Shown here piece after piece: positions 1 to 8,920 of a stretch of 57,535 nucleotides of DNA (position 1 is the stretch's first letter; the number at the start of each line of letters is the position of its first letter). The DNA comes from a virus. Its lineage: Duplodnaviria > Heunggongvirae > Uroviricota > Caudoviricetes > Ackermannviridae. The position numbers were made by a program, and so were the translations under genes. The stretch covers positions 1 through 57,535 of IMG/VR virus record IMGVR_UViG_2974546594_000001. The stretch is one strand, 5' to 3'. The notes beneath the pieces were generated by a model, which worked only from the letters and a program-made list of their open reading frames with translations, did no database searches and was not told the DNA's origin.

Positions 1-20
1 ACTGTGGGGTAATGGGGCTA

Positions 21-2762
21 TTATGCCCCGAGAATACGTTTTGAAATAGCCTTCACAAATCTAGTGGCATCTTCAATCGCGTTGTGTGCCGAAGGCTGAT
101 ATTTTGACATCATGAACTTCACCAAACGATGACATTCAACTCGGTATCGGTTTTTGGCCTTTTGCTTTTGAGATATAGTGCTAGTGACCTTTATCTCATC
201 AAATCCTTCAGCAGTTAATTTTTCATTCAATAAATCAACAACTTGAGTTAACTGGTTACAGGCGCGGAAAAATCTCGTAGTTGGGAAAGGCATTTCTATA
301 CGATAATGTAATTCCTCAACAGCCTTGCGGAAATAACCGTACCCCGATCCAGACGGGTTTCGTTTGGCCAGCATACGAACAATCTTCCATTCTTCTTCAG
401 TGATTTGTTGTTTCGCATAACCGATGATTGCTTTTGCCCTGTGTTGATGATGGGCATAGCCATCCGTAACTTTTCCATGGGAATCAATCAACAGCTTGGC
501 ACCATAATCAATGCGATGAGACATGATGTTTATGCCCTTGCGAAGTTTCAGGAGTTTCTTAGATTCAAGCGCCTGAAATTCATCTTTATAATGCTCAAGC
601 AACATATCAAACACTGCGTCAATGGGGATGAATACTTCTGGGAATTTCTTCATCATCGGAACAGATTTACGACGCGCAAGAACGATTGTTGGGTGTGCTC
701 CCAGCAAATCAAACAGGTTTTCGTTTCCATTCTCGCCGAACTTCGTTCTTTCCATCGCTTCACGCAAATGTCCAGCCGTGGATTGTCGTAAGGTATTACC
801 ATGAATTTTATGGATACCTTCTCGGCCAGATACTTCGATATATACGATCTTTTTGCCCGAATCAATAATATCTGAAACGGTTTTTCCATCTAATTCATAA
901 ACGCTGTCGAAGTTAAATGAATTGTAATAGAAACTAAACATCCCAGGATCTTTTTCAACGGTCGGGCGAACATATTCCATTTCATGCATGAAATAGACTT
1001 CATCCGGATTGAATAAATCGCCAAAGACCTCGATCAGTTTATCGGCAAAGACCAGGTAGTCCGGCGTTGTTTCTTGTACACCGATCCATGATTCAAAATA
1101 AGACTTCAATTCCTCATGGTTGGTAAATGATTCTTTATGTGCCGCCAGCTGATTCCGATTACTGAAATAATTTTCATTCGGTTTGACGACGATAACGACA
1201 TTGAAGTTATTGCGTGCTGTTTGTATCTTCAGGTTTCGAGCACGATTCGAGTTATCAATAATAACAGCAATTTTTGATTTAGATTTCAACCAATTTCCGA
1301 CAGAGTTCACATAAATGCTGTCGTGTACTACACCGTTGTCGTGTACTTCAATTTCGTAAGGACTACCAATAGACCGGAAAGGTGCATCCAAAGAGTAATC
1401 GCGCACGACGTCCGGCGCTCCGATATAACGGAACGTGCCTTTGTAGAAACGGTTATCTGCAGGAAATTCTCGCTCCACTAATTTACGGAAACCGCTACCG
1501 AACATATCAGTCAGCTGAGTCTTTTTCATATACAACATAAGAGGACCCATTGACTCCGCTTGGCGAAGTTCATACATCTTCGCTTGCATGATATTTTCGG
1601 CCACATGCTTGAACACGCGGTTCAGGCTTTCACGAGTGAATTCGTCGTATGACAAGTCTTCGCGTGACGGCGGTACATTCAGTTCTCCAAGTTCGAAGAA
1701 GGTATAGGAACTCGGGAATTTTTCCAACACGGTGCATATTTCAGAGTCCAATTGGTCGAGATCTATCGGGTAAGAAACCCCGCCCATGACAGCATAGTGG
1801 ATGTTGTCGGAATCTGACTTCGGTTGGATATATGTGTTGCCTACACGGTTTTCGAAGTTGATGTCATACCAACGGAAAGAATAACTGGCGTTTTCAACCT
1901 TCGGTCGCATTGAAGGTCGCATCACTCGACCCAAACGGACCAACTCTTGTTCAAAGGCGGTAAAACGCTGATTCTTTACAGGAACTTTAACAGTCAGGCC
2001 GTTGAACTCATCAGTGTCTTCCGGTTTAGGATCACGGGTATCTAAATCTTTGGTAATGAGATCTACAGTTGGGATTCTGTCCGCATTCAGATACATCAGG
2101 AAGCGATACAGTTTACCTTCATAACGGCTTTCTACAGTAAATGAGTCCGACACTGCAAATGGGGATTTGGAACCCAGCCCAAACGCACCGATCTGTCCGT
2201 CGTCGTCCTCTTTGGTGCTATGGAAGAGTGTGGTGTACAAACCAGGTCCACGGATGATCTCGCCGTCCTCAGCGCGGAATACCAACATCCCGTTGTAATA
2301 ACCAGGCGTTCCAATAACAGCCGTGCTGTCAGGGATTTCATCTTCCTTCACAACGATGTTGCCTTCGACAAGCACTTCGTCTTCCCGCGCTGTAATAGGC
2401 TCACCGATGATCATTTCTAATGGAAGACCAACCCCATAATCTTTAATTTCCAGCCAGGGTTCCATAACATCGGGTAAATGGACCACAACAGGAGTTCCTT
2501 TGGGAGCAAGATGCTTGCTGTATCGTTGAGGCATAGGAGTGAGAGGAGCATAATGCGATGGCATCCAGCGTTGTTGGCGATCACGCATATTATGTGAGTC
2601 TATACCATTACACAACGTCTCACGCAAAGACGCCGCCTCTTTATATTTGTAGAGACTTGAAAATAATGTTTCAAATAATTTATCCGTCATCTTGACATTG
2701 AATGTCTGCCCGACGATGGTAGAAGAAGAGCGCACGAAATGCTCGGACTTGCGCATTTTCAT
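21..2762 (-). CDS. rIIA: RIIA lysis-inhibition accessory protein (N-terminal GHKL/Hsp90-like ATPase)
   Basis: 913 aa; RETLCNGIDSH, IKDYGVG, GAFGLGSKSPFAVSDSFTVESRY are GHKL motifs typical of T4-like RIIA. Confidence 0.85.
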   Translation of the reverse strand: MKMRKSEHFVRSSSTIVGQTFNVKMTDKLFETLFSSLYKYKEAASLRETLCNGIDSHNMRDRQQRWMPSHYAPLTPMPQRYSKHLAPKGTPVVVHLPDVMEPWLEIKDYGVGLPLEMIIGEPITAREDEVLVEGNIVVKEDEIPDSTAVIGTPGYYNGMLVFRAEDGEIIRGPGLYTTLFHSTKEDDDGQIGAFGLGSKSPFAVSDSFTVESRYEGKLYRFLMYLNADRIPTVDLITKDLDTRDPKPEDTDEFNGLTVKVPVKNQRFTAFEQELVRLGRVMRPSMRPKVENASYSFRWYDINFENRVGNTYIQPKSDSDNIHYAVMGGVSYPIDLDQLDSEICTVLEKFPSSYTFFELGELNVPPSREDLSYDEFTRESLNRVFKHVAENIMQAKMYELRQAESMGPLMLYMKKTQLTDMFGSGFRKLVEREFPADNRFYKGTFRYIGAPDVVRDYSLDAPFRSIGSPYEIEVHDNGVVHDSIYVNSVGNWLKSKSKIAVIIDNSNRARNLKIQTARNNFNVVIVVKPNENYFSNRNQLAAHKESFTNHEELKSYFESWIGVQETTPDYLVFADKLIEVFGDLFNPDEVYFMHEMEYVRPTVEKDPGMFSFYYNSFNFDSVYELDGKTVSDIIDSGKKIVYIEVSGREGIHKIHGNTLRQSTAGHLREAMERTKFGENGNENLFDLLGAHPTIVLARRKSVPMMKKFPEVFIPIDAVFDMLLEHYKDEFQALESKKLLKLRKGINIMSHRIDYGAKLLIDSHGKVTDGYAHHQHRAKAIIGYAKQQITEEEWKIVRMLAKRNPSGSGYGYFRKAVEELHYRIEMPFPTTRFFRACNQLTQVVDLLNEKLTAEGFDEIKVTSTISQKQKAKNRYRVECHRLVKFMMSKYQPSAHNAIEDATRFVKAISKRILGA

Positions 2763-2835
2763 AGTATAGAATTCCTGTTCAGATCAAAGAAGAACACATT
2801 ATTGGGTAAGGTTATGATACTGGTGGGTGGTTCAA

Positions 2836-2860
2836 TAGAAAAGCCTCCAATCGGAGGCTT
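2836..2860 (-). terminator. Intrinsic terminator
   Basis: AAGCCTCC-4nt-GGAGGCTT followed by T-run on minus strand. Confidence 0.7.
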
Positions 2861-2869
2861 TAATCAGGA

Positions 2870-3223
2870 TTAACTTCCCTGAACGTTTACAACGGCGGCG
2901 TTGAAATTGAATATCGGGTGGGTGGCACCTGGCTCTAACGTCTCTTCCAGATAACCCACAATATTGCGTGTCACAGATTTCGGCTCTGCGCGGGAAGGCT
3001 TCGTTGCGCCGAGGTCAATAATGCTCGAAGTGACTTGTTCAACCTGAGTGTGATTGACAACAAAATGATAACGACTACCGAAGGCCGCAACTTCAACTTC
3101 TGTGATTTCTAAACCACTCAATTCAGAGCTGTTCAACTGCTTCACATTCAATTGAGAGCGGAGGTGCTCTACAATATTGCTGTAAACATATTGTGGTGTG
3201 ATCAGCTGTTCAATAGAACTCAT
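2870..3223 (-). CDS. Hypothetical protein (117 aa)
   Basis: ORF with GAGGA SD upstream, co-oriented in operon. Confidence 0.7.
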   Translation of the reverse strand: MSSIEQLITPQYVYSNIVEHLRSQLNVKQLNSSELSGLEITEVEVAAFGSRYHFVVNHTQVEQVTSSIIDLGATKPSRAEPKSVTRNIVGYLEETLEPGATHPIFNFNAAVVNVQGS

Positions 3224-3232
3224 GACATATCC

Positions 3233-3307
3233 TCATTTCTTTGGGGGTTTATTGTTACTTAAACGGATCACCTCTGCTCGAAGGAAGAGGATTTCATCGG
3301 CCATCAT
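3233..3307 (-). CDS. Putative micro-ORF, 24 aa (MMADEILFLRAEVIRLSNNKPPKK)
   Basis: ATGATG overlaps the TGA of the upstream micro-ORF (AAATGATG coupling). Confidence 0.4.
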   Translation of the reverse strand: MMADEILFLRAEVIRLSNNKPPKK

Positions 3308-3396
3308 TTTACCTTCTTGAAACATAACATGACATCGTGATGATCTGGGTTCACCTTCCGATAATGCGTAAAGGCGATATTCGGGGATGACATCAT
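3304..3396 (-). CDS. Putative micro-ORF, 30 aa (MMSSPNIAFTHYRKVNPDHHDVMLCFKKVK)
   Basis: ATGATG overlaps the TGA of 3393..3599 (AAATGATG coupling). Confidence 0.35.
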   Translation of the reverse strand: MMSSPNIAFTHYRKVNPDHHDVMLCFKKVK

Positions 3397-3599
3397 TTAC
3401 GGCGTTTCTTTTTGTTCTTTCCATGGGTCTTGGCCTTTTTAGGACGACTGACGGAAGGACGAGCATGCCCAGGTTCCCCAGGGGTACACCCCTGTGCATA
3501 ACGATGTTCATCCCAGAGACGACCATTATGCATCATATCTTCAGCCATGGCGGACAAAGCAAGGGTTGCTACAGTCGCAGCAGATAATGGTTTAGACAT
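3393..3599 (-). CDS. Hypothetical protein with basic C-terminal tail
   Basis: Likely start MSKPL at 3599, overlapping the upstream stop; ends KKAKTHGKNKKKRRK. Confidence 0.6.
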   Translation of the reverse strand: MSKPLSAATVATLALSAMAEDMMHNGRLWDEHRYAQGCTPGEPGHARPSVSRPKKAKTHGKNKKKRRK

Positions 3600-4038
3600 T
3601 TGTTTCACCTTTTGCTGCATACGACAGAGCTTTTACGATCATAACAGCCAAACCGATAGGATCGTATGCATTGTCGAATTCTTGTTCTATGTTCTGACGA
3701 ATTTCATCAGAAGATTGTACTTCAGAGCAGTTCTTACTCTGTCTGCGTTGCTCTTGCTCGACTAGATCTTTGAACAGAAGGTCTTTGAAAGAATACTCAT
3801 CGAAGTTTTCAAGATACCGTTGGATGCTTGGTTGTTTTACATCCATCGTTTGACGCAAATTGCTAATAGTTGAACTTGCCTGTTCGCGGTGTTTGTTCAT
3901 AACAGCAAAGTTAACGGGCTTGCCCCAAGCATTCATCACTGGATTAGAGCATACTTGGCCAAAGAGATCTTGGAAGGCATCATCCATGTGGATCAACGCA
4001 GTGGCCAATTCTTCATAAGTTGGTTTTTGAGTAGTCAT
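3592..4038 (-). CDS. Hypothetical protein (148 aa)
   Basis: ORF tightly overlapping neighbours in the operon. Confidence 0.7.
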   Translation of the reverse strand: MTTQKPTYEELATALIHMDDAFQDLFGQVCSNPVMNAWGKPVNFAVMNKHREQASSTISNLRQTMDVKQPSIQRYLENFDEYSFKDLLFKDLVEQEQRRQSKNCSEVQSSDEIRQNIEQEFDNAYDPIGLAVMIVKALSYAAKGETNV

Positions 4039-4406
4039 TTTCGTTTACTCCGATTTTTATATTTCTTAGCCTGACGTTTATGTTGGGCGGCTCCATATAG
4101 GCGCGGCGGCTTTTGATAACGTTGTGACGCAATTATGTCCCTGTCATCGGCTTCTGCTTCACAATACGAAATATCTGCCTTCCGTAACTGAGCCACCGCT
4201 TGAGATACCAATGTTTTGCGTTCACTTTCTACCAGATCATCACAAATTATCATGCGTTCACCTGGTTCACAACGACGTTTAGGAATATCGTCTACACTGA
4301 TACATTCTACTTCAACACCTTTCAACTTTTCTTGAAGGATAATGGCCATAGTCCGAGCGCCGATTCCTCCTCCAATAATCGCTATCTTTCTTGGCTTGTC
4401 TGTCAT
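4035..4406 (-). CDS. Hypothetical protein with N-terminal GxGxxG motif
   Basis: IAIIGGGIGARTMA; start moved to MTDK (4406) because the track start lies inside the promoter hairpin. Confidence 0.65.
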   Translation of the reverse strand: MTDKPRKIAIIGGGIGARTMAIILQEKLKGVEVECISVDDIPKRRCEPGERMIICDDLVESERKTLVSQAVAQLRKADISYCEAEADDRDIIASQRYQKPPRLYGAAQHKRQAKKYKNRSKRK

Positions 4407-4423
4407 GTTCTTGTCCATGAAAA

Positions 4424-4461
4424 GGGGATAGAGCAATAATACCCTATCCCCATTTATTGAA
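4424..4461 (-). promoter_or_regulatory. TTCAAT-N14-TATTAT promoter with -10 in the loop of a 10-bp stem
   Basis: TTCAAT AAATGGGGATAGGG TATTAT; stem GGGGATAGGG/CTCTATCCCC then TTTT. Confidence 0.75.
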
Positions 4462-4467
4462 GAACTA

Positions 4468-4890
4468 TTAGTCTTCCGAACCTACAATCCCACCACGCAG
4501 ATCCTGTGCTGGCTTACCATCAGGTGCCATGACATAGATGGTATTGATAGTCTCAAACCAAGACAATAAATCAACTCCTTCAGTGTATGGCGTTACCGGA
4601 ACAGAAGTTTTGATTTCTTTCTGTTCATCCTTCAAATCCGGATGACTTCCCGATAGGGTTAACCAAGCGAATCTTCCGTTGGGATAAATAATGCCTTCTT
4701 TGAACATTACAATCTTTTTGCGAGGATTATTGGCTTCGCCCAGGCACACCACCAGATGTTGGATCATTTCGGGGCGCGTCAACAACGTGTCGTCTTTGAT
4801 AATGCCCTGCTTGACAGCAGAGATTACCACTTCATCCAGTAACGCCTGTTGCTGTTCCAGCGTCAGAGATTCGGTTAGTTTCACGCTCAT
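4468..4890 (-). CDS. Hypothetical protein (140 aa)
   Basis: Likely start MSVKL 4 nt after the upstream stop. Confidence 0.65.
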   Translation of the reverse strand: MSVKLTESLTLEQQQALLDEVVISAVKQGIIKDDTLLTRPEMIQHLVVCLGEANNPRKKIVMFKEGIIYPNGRFAWLTLSGSHPDLKDEQKEIKTSVPVTPYTEGVDLLSWFETINTIYVMAPDGKPAQDLRGGIVGSED

Positions 4891-4894
4891 AAGA

Positions 4895-5464
4895 TCAGCC
4901 TTTGAAGTTAATCGGAGTCTGGACACCAGAGTCAAATGCGGCCTGGGTGCGGGTGTCACTCACCACCTGACATGTCTTGTCAAGATCGATACGCGGATAT
5001 CCAAAGATTCCTGCTATCAGAGAACCAGGGAACTGGCCAAGTTTAGTTTCATAGATCGCACATGCGTCCAATTTTTTAGTTTGGCTAATGCGGAATTCAT
5101 CCCGACCTGAGCTGATAACAACCTGAATCTCTTTGTACAAAGATGAATCAAACTGAATATTCTGTTCCTGAATCCATTGCATTACTGCTTTGGAACCGTC
5201 CGCGCCATAACGGCCTTGGAAAGTATCTTTGATCACTTCCTTCAAACCGTTTTTGTACATGTCAGGAATCTGCGCCGTCTCCTGAACTTTAAGCGTATAA
5301 TTGCTCAGGTGGTTTTCAGAATCTTTGTTGAACTTTTTGACCTGTTGTTCAGTGCGGTTGAAGTCATTGAAATAGCTAACCACACTGCCAATCCCAATTA
5401 CAGCAAATGCCAGAATCGCCAACCCAACGATCCAACCAATTGAAATACCTTTACGTTGTGACAT
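4895..5464 (-). CDS. LemA-like membrane-anchored helical protein
   Basis: N-terminal TM, SYFNDFNRTEQQV, YETKLGQFPGSLIAGIFGY resembles the LemA C-terminal signature. Confidence 0.6.
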   Translation of the reverse strand: MSQRKGISIGWIVGLAILAFAVIGIGSVVSYFNDFNRTEQQVKKFNKDSENHLSNYTLKVQETAQIPDMYKNGLKEVIKDTFQGRYGADGSKAVMQWIQEQNIQFDSSLYKEIQVVISSGRDEFRISQTKKLDACAIYETKLGQFPGSLIAGIFGYPRIDLDKTCQVVSDTRTQAAFDSGVQTPINFKG

Positions 5465-5479
5465 CTTTACTTCCTCTTG

Positions 5480-6589
5480 TTAAAACAAACGTTTATAAGT
5501 TCGACCATTGTACTGCATGCGGCCTAATATGAAAACTGTGGTAAAAGGGATACATCCAAACAGCACGACGATAATCACTTCCCAAGTTTTAAGATCTCGC
5601 CATTTCAAATATTCCATTTCCTTCATCTCAACTCGGTTGTATCCCTTACTGATATTGACCGCAACTTCTTGGAACACGGATATGCCCATTGGTTTCCCAG
5701 TCAATGAAAGTCCGTTACGAGAATGGAGTTCCATGTTGTTCATGCCGTCGGCAAATGACGTAGACTTACCCCAATTAATTTTCATATCCTTTGAAATATC
5801 GGTGACTACAATAACATCGTTCTTTTTACCGCCAGACCATGCATATAGAAGTCCCTGAAAATATTCAACAGGCTGGCCAGAAGTCACAACCCAAACGATA
5901 TTAACCTGACGTGAAGCACCTAACGTTTTCAGAGTATTGTTCAGATAATCATTCCAGTAATCAACAGGAATGTCCATCCCTGACATATTCAGAACACGAG
6001 TTACTCGGTAATAATCATACACCCTCGGATATGAAGGGATATGCTCTTTGAACTTCTCAGCGAATTGCTGGTCAGATTTAGAGAATAATGAATCTTTGTT
6101 GCCCAGCACATAATTCATATATGAATGTTCACGTGCCGCAGGTTCCCCGATTTTAACTTGTGCCCAACGCGGAGGCTCTGTAGTACCCTGACGATCAATA
6201 CGGTCAATGCTCAGATCACCGACGGTTGTTAATACGTCCCAATCAACGTCATAAGAGTGCTCATAGCATGTGCTGCAATGACGCGTTTGGGTACACGACC
6301 GATTATTTCCTGAACCTGTACAAGATGTTGTGTAATAACACATACATTCATAAGAATGTTCACAACCCACCTTATTCCGTTGCTTATCAGTTACATATCC
6401 ATTCAGGATTTCCACGTCCCCAGAACTACCAAGGGAGAAAGCAGCATATAATCCCGACTGGATAAGGCAAGATAATACGATAACAATGGCCGTGGCGATC
6501 AAAGTCTCCTTTGGCTCATGAGTCTTGCGGTGATATATCACAAACAAGATGGCCAAAATTACAGGAACCACAAACAGAAGGTAAATCAT
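5480..6589 (-). CDS. Membrane protein with Cys-rich segment and TPM-like periplasmic domain
   Basis: 2 N-terminal TM, 1 C-terminal TM, CEHSYECMC..C..C..C..C cluster, VNIVWVVT..W.GGKKNDVIVV. Confidence 0.55.
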   Translation of the reverse strand: MIYLLFVVPVILAILFVIYHRKTHEPKETLIATAIVIVLSCLIQSGLYAAFSLGSSGDVEILNGYVTDKQRNKVGCEHSYECMCYYTTSCTGSGNNRSCTQTRHCSTCYEHSYDVDWDVLTTVGDLSIDRIDRQGTTEPPRWAQVKIGEPAAREHSYMNYVLGNKDSLFSKSDQQFAEKFKEHIPSYPRVYDYYRVTRVLNMSGMDIPVDYWNDYLNNTLKTLGASRQVNIVWVVTSGQPVEYFQGLLYAWSGGKKNDVIVVTDISKDMKINWGKSTSFADGMNNMELHSRNGLSLTGKPMGISVFQEVAVNISKGYNRVEMKEMEYLKWRDLKTWEVIIVVLFGCIPFTTVFILGRMQYNGRTYKRLF

Positions 6590-6972
6590 AACACACCATC
6601 CACGAGTTGTTCCTTCGTCATACCAAGAAGTTGATTTTTATGCTCAGATTTAGCCCCATTTTTCAACAACAGATCCCAACGTTCTTCATGATACTGTGGA
6701 GTTATTGCATCGTCAAAAGAAACATGGTGGCGATGCATAATTGTTGCAACGGCGTGAAGAACGATTGCTGTTGCTCTTTTTAAAGCACGTGTATCCGTGA
6801 TATGGTCTTCATATTCGATTCCCATCAAATCTAGTTCTTTTCGGATATATGCTATAGACAAATCACCTTCAGAATGCAATTTAACGATAGTCGCTTTCTT
6901 AGGATGTAACACGCCGTCTGTTTCTTTCATGAACAGATCGTACAAATATTGTTTGTATTCGGGGCGCTTCAT
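6586..6972 (-). CDS. Hypothetical protein (128 aa)
   Basis: 4-nt overlaps with both neighbours. Confidence 0.7.
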   Translation of the reverse strand: MKRPEYKQYLYDLFMKETDGVLHPKKATIVKLHSEGDLSIAYIRKELDLMGIEYEDHITDTRALKRATAIVLHAVATIMHRHHVSFDDAITPQYHEERWDLLLKNGAKSEHKNQLLGMTKEQLVDGVL

Positions 6973-7190
6973 CTCGTAATCCCTCCGGCACAGATGATAT
7001 TCAGTTCACCGCGACGGAAACCGCCTTGCCCACCGTTCAATTTAGTCGGAAGCGTATCTTGAACTTTTTGTGCGAACTCTTCCGACACTACCAGATGACC
7101 CTTTTCTTGTTTCGGGGTAGATTCAAAATAGTCGCCAAATGTCGCTTCCATATCGAGCACAGACATATCTTCAATTCGTTGCATTGCCAT
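6969..7190 (-). CDS. Hypothetical protein (73 aa) ending in a DnaB/RecA-like pre-Walker A fragment
   Basis: GGFRRGELNIICAG at the C-terminus; GGA SD. Confidence 0.55.
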   Translation of the reverse strand: MAMQRIEDMSVLDMEATFGDYFESTPKQEKGHLVVSEEFAQKVQDTLPTKLNGGQGGFRRGELNIICAGGITR

Positions 7191-7201
7191 GATATAGGAC
7201 C

Positions 7202-7393
7202 TCAGTATAATTTCGTATAAACTTGTTTAACGCCAATATCGGCAGGAGCTGTGCTCTGCTGCATATTATAGAATGCCAAATCTGCTTGTTCTTTGTTTTC
7301 AAAATCAACTACAACTGTGTGTACTGATATTGCTTCACCCTGTCCATAAGCATAACAACGGCTGGTGACCAATATTTTGTATTGAGGTGTCAT
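7202..7393 (-). CDS. Hypothetical protein (63 aa)
   Basis: First gene after the 7415-7456 promoter. Confidence 0.65.
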   Translation of the reverse strand: MTPQYKILVTSRCYAYGQGEAISVHTVVVDFENKEQADLAFYNMQQSTAPADIGVKQVYTKLY

Positions 7394-7414
7394 AAAATCA
7401 ATCCTTGCAAAAAG

Positions 7415-7456
7415 AAAGGGGAACGGGCTAATAATAACCCATTCCCCTTTATTGAA
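7415..7456 (-). promoter_or_regulatory. TTCAAT-N14-TATTAT promoter within a 13-bp stem (also terminator-like)
   Basis: AAAGGGGAATGGG/CCCGTTCCCCTTT then CTTTTT; spacer exactly 14. Confidence 0.75.
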
Positions 7457-7475
7457 GAACGCAATCGCAATCAGA

Positions 7476-7643
7476 TTACTTTTTCTTCAGCTCGTCCAGT
7501 TTGGCTTCGATTTGTTCCAGGATGTCTTTACCCTTCTGAACAATCACTTCACCGTCTTGCGCGTGTTTGCGAAAGACCAGAGCGCCAGCGATGAAGCCGA
7601 CAACCACACCAGGAAGCGCATAAACCAACAGATCTTGTAACAT
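7476..7643 (-). CDS. Small single-TM membrane protein, 55 aa (not in ORF track)
   Basis: MLQDLLVYALPGVVVGFIAGALVFRKHAQDGEVIVQKGKDILEQIEAKLDELKKK; GAGG SD; own late promoter. Confidence 0.8.
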   Translation of the reverse strand: MLQDLLVYALPGVVVGFIAGALVFRKHAQDGEVIVQKGKDILEQIEAKLDELKKK

Positions 7644-7646
7644 GAT

Positions 7647-7678
7647 AATATCCTCACTTTATAGCGAGGATATTTATA
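7647..7678 (-). promoter_or_regulatory. T4-type late promoter TATAAATA overlapping an RBS-sequestering hairpin
   Basis: TATAAATATCCTCGC-TATAAA-GTGAGGATATT-ATCATG: 11-bp stem covers GAGG. Confidence 0.8.
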
Positions 7679-8920
7679 TCAGCGTTTCAAGAGTGTCATG
7701 AGGTTCACACTTTTAGAAGGATACACAGTACCATTTCGGCTCATGGTGTCCAATTTACCAACTGACAAACAAACCTCAGACGGTTCCCAACGTGTACCCT
7801 GCTGTAAATGCCAGATATGTAGAGGAACACCCGTCTCAAAGAACACGGGCATCTTCCACTTCTGGACGCCTGGAACGTGCCCTGCAGGAGCTTTTTCGCA
7901 CAACAGGGTATCTGGTAGCCAGAGTGAACGGGCTTCCCAGAGAGGTGCACAGGAGTATTCAGGCCAAATACGTTCCATATAATCGATCTCGTCCCATGTA
8001 CGCTCGGCGTCCCACCCGATGTAACGGGTATTCTTCAGTCGGAAGAATTTCTTCAGCCAACAAGCACCGGAGGTCTCAAAGTTCAGACGATTGATAAACG
8101 TGATGTGGCCAAACTCTTCAACGCATTCCTGAAACGCTTTCTCAAGGTCGGTTTCGAGTATATCACATTCTTCGTCTGTAATAGGACAACCGTTAATCTT
8201 TTTCTTCCCGTGCTTGGTCACCCAATCATCACGGTTGGATAAGAACGCCGCGCCGTTACGATTGGATTCGCTACCATCACGGTCACGCAACATGAACCCA
8301 GGGACGTCTATATCCCATATGTTACCGAAGACCATGTTCAGGGCTTCCAGGAAGTTCCAGGCGCTCAGGCGACCGAAGTATTTCCATGACATCGCCGTAT
8401 TCCACAGTTCGGTGAACTGGTCTTCCTTGGTAGTGCATTCCAACATCCAACGAAAAGAATCCATTTGGGTTTTACCACCCAACCAATCGATATAGGACTG
8501 AACGCACGGAATCATTTTCGACTTACGATAACGACAATCTGTATCGAAGCGCATACGATCAAAGTTCAGGTTATACCAATCAGAAAATCGCTGAAACTCT
8601 TTCGGAGATTGTGGGGGTACAGGAAATTCACTGTAAATTGTCCATGGTCCAATCCCATTATAGCAACACCCCCACAAAAAGGCCATCCAAATCTTGCGCT
8701 CGATCTTTTCGAGCTGTGTGATGCCTTCTGTAACCTCGATGGCATAATCCATCAGACGGACTTGCTGGTTATGCTCTTCAGTGTAGGATAGCGCCTCCAC
8801 CCATGCCTTGAGCAGGTACATGCGATTTTCTGGCTTACGATAATCTACTGCCAGATCAATCGGGTATTTCCATTTTTCAGGGGCTTTATATCCCTGCGGC
8901 ATTTTAGACAGATGCGTCAT
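7679..8920 (-). CDS. Amino acid:DNA transferase (aGPT-pyrophosphorylase clade 2-like), thymidine hypermodification
   Basis: 413 aa; FDTDCRYRK, YFGRLSAWNFLE, FETSGACWLKK, RYIGW recall aGPT-Pplase2 of ViI-like phages; near the kinase; alternative start 8902. Confidence 0.7.
   Translation of the reverse strand: MTHLSKMPQGYKAPEKWKYPIDLAVDYRKPENRMYLLKAWVEALSYTEEHNQQVRLMDYAIEVTEGITQLEKIERKIWMAFLWGCCYNGIGPWTIYSEFPVPPQSPKEFQRFSDWYNLNFDRMRFDTDCRYRKSKMIPCVQSYIDWLGGKTQMDSFRWMLECTTKEDQFTELWNTAMSWKYFGRLSAWNFLEALNMVFGNIWDIDVPGFMLRDRDGSESNRNGAAFLSNRDDWVTKHGKKKINGCPITDEECDILETDLEKAFQECVEEFGHITFINRLNFETSGACWLKKFFRLKNTRYIGWDAERTWDEIDYMERIWPEYSCAPLWEARSLWLPDTLLCEKAPAGHVPGVQKWKMPVFFETGVPLHIWHLQQGTRWEPSEVCLSVGKLDTMSRNGTVYPSKSVNLMTLLKR

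Noticed and set aside
3233-3526. 97-aa ORF as called
   Set aside because: Overlaps a better gene by 130 nt with no RBS; explained by two coupled micro-ORFs
4035-4406. GxGxxG protein as an FAD/NAD oxidoreductase
   Set aside because: Only ~123 aa, too short for a complete enzyme; no other motifs seen
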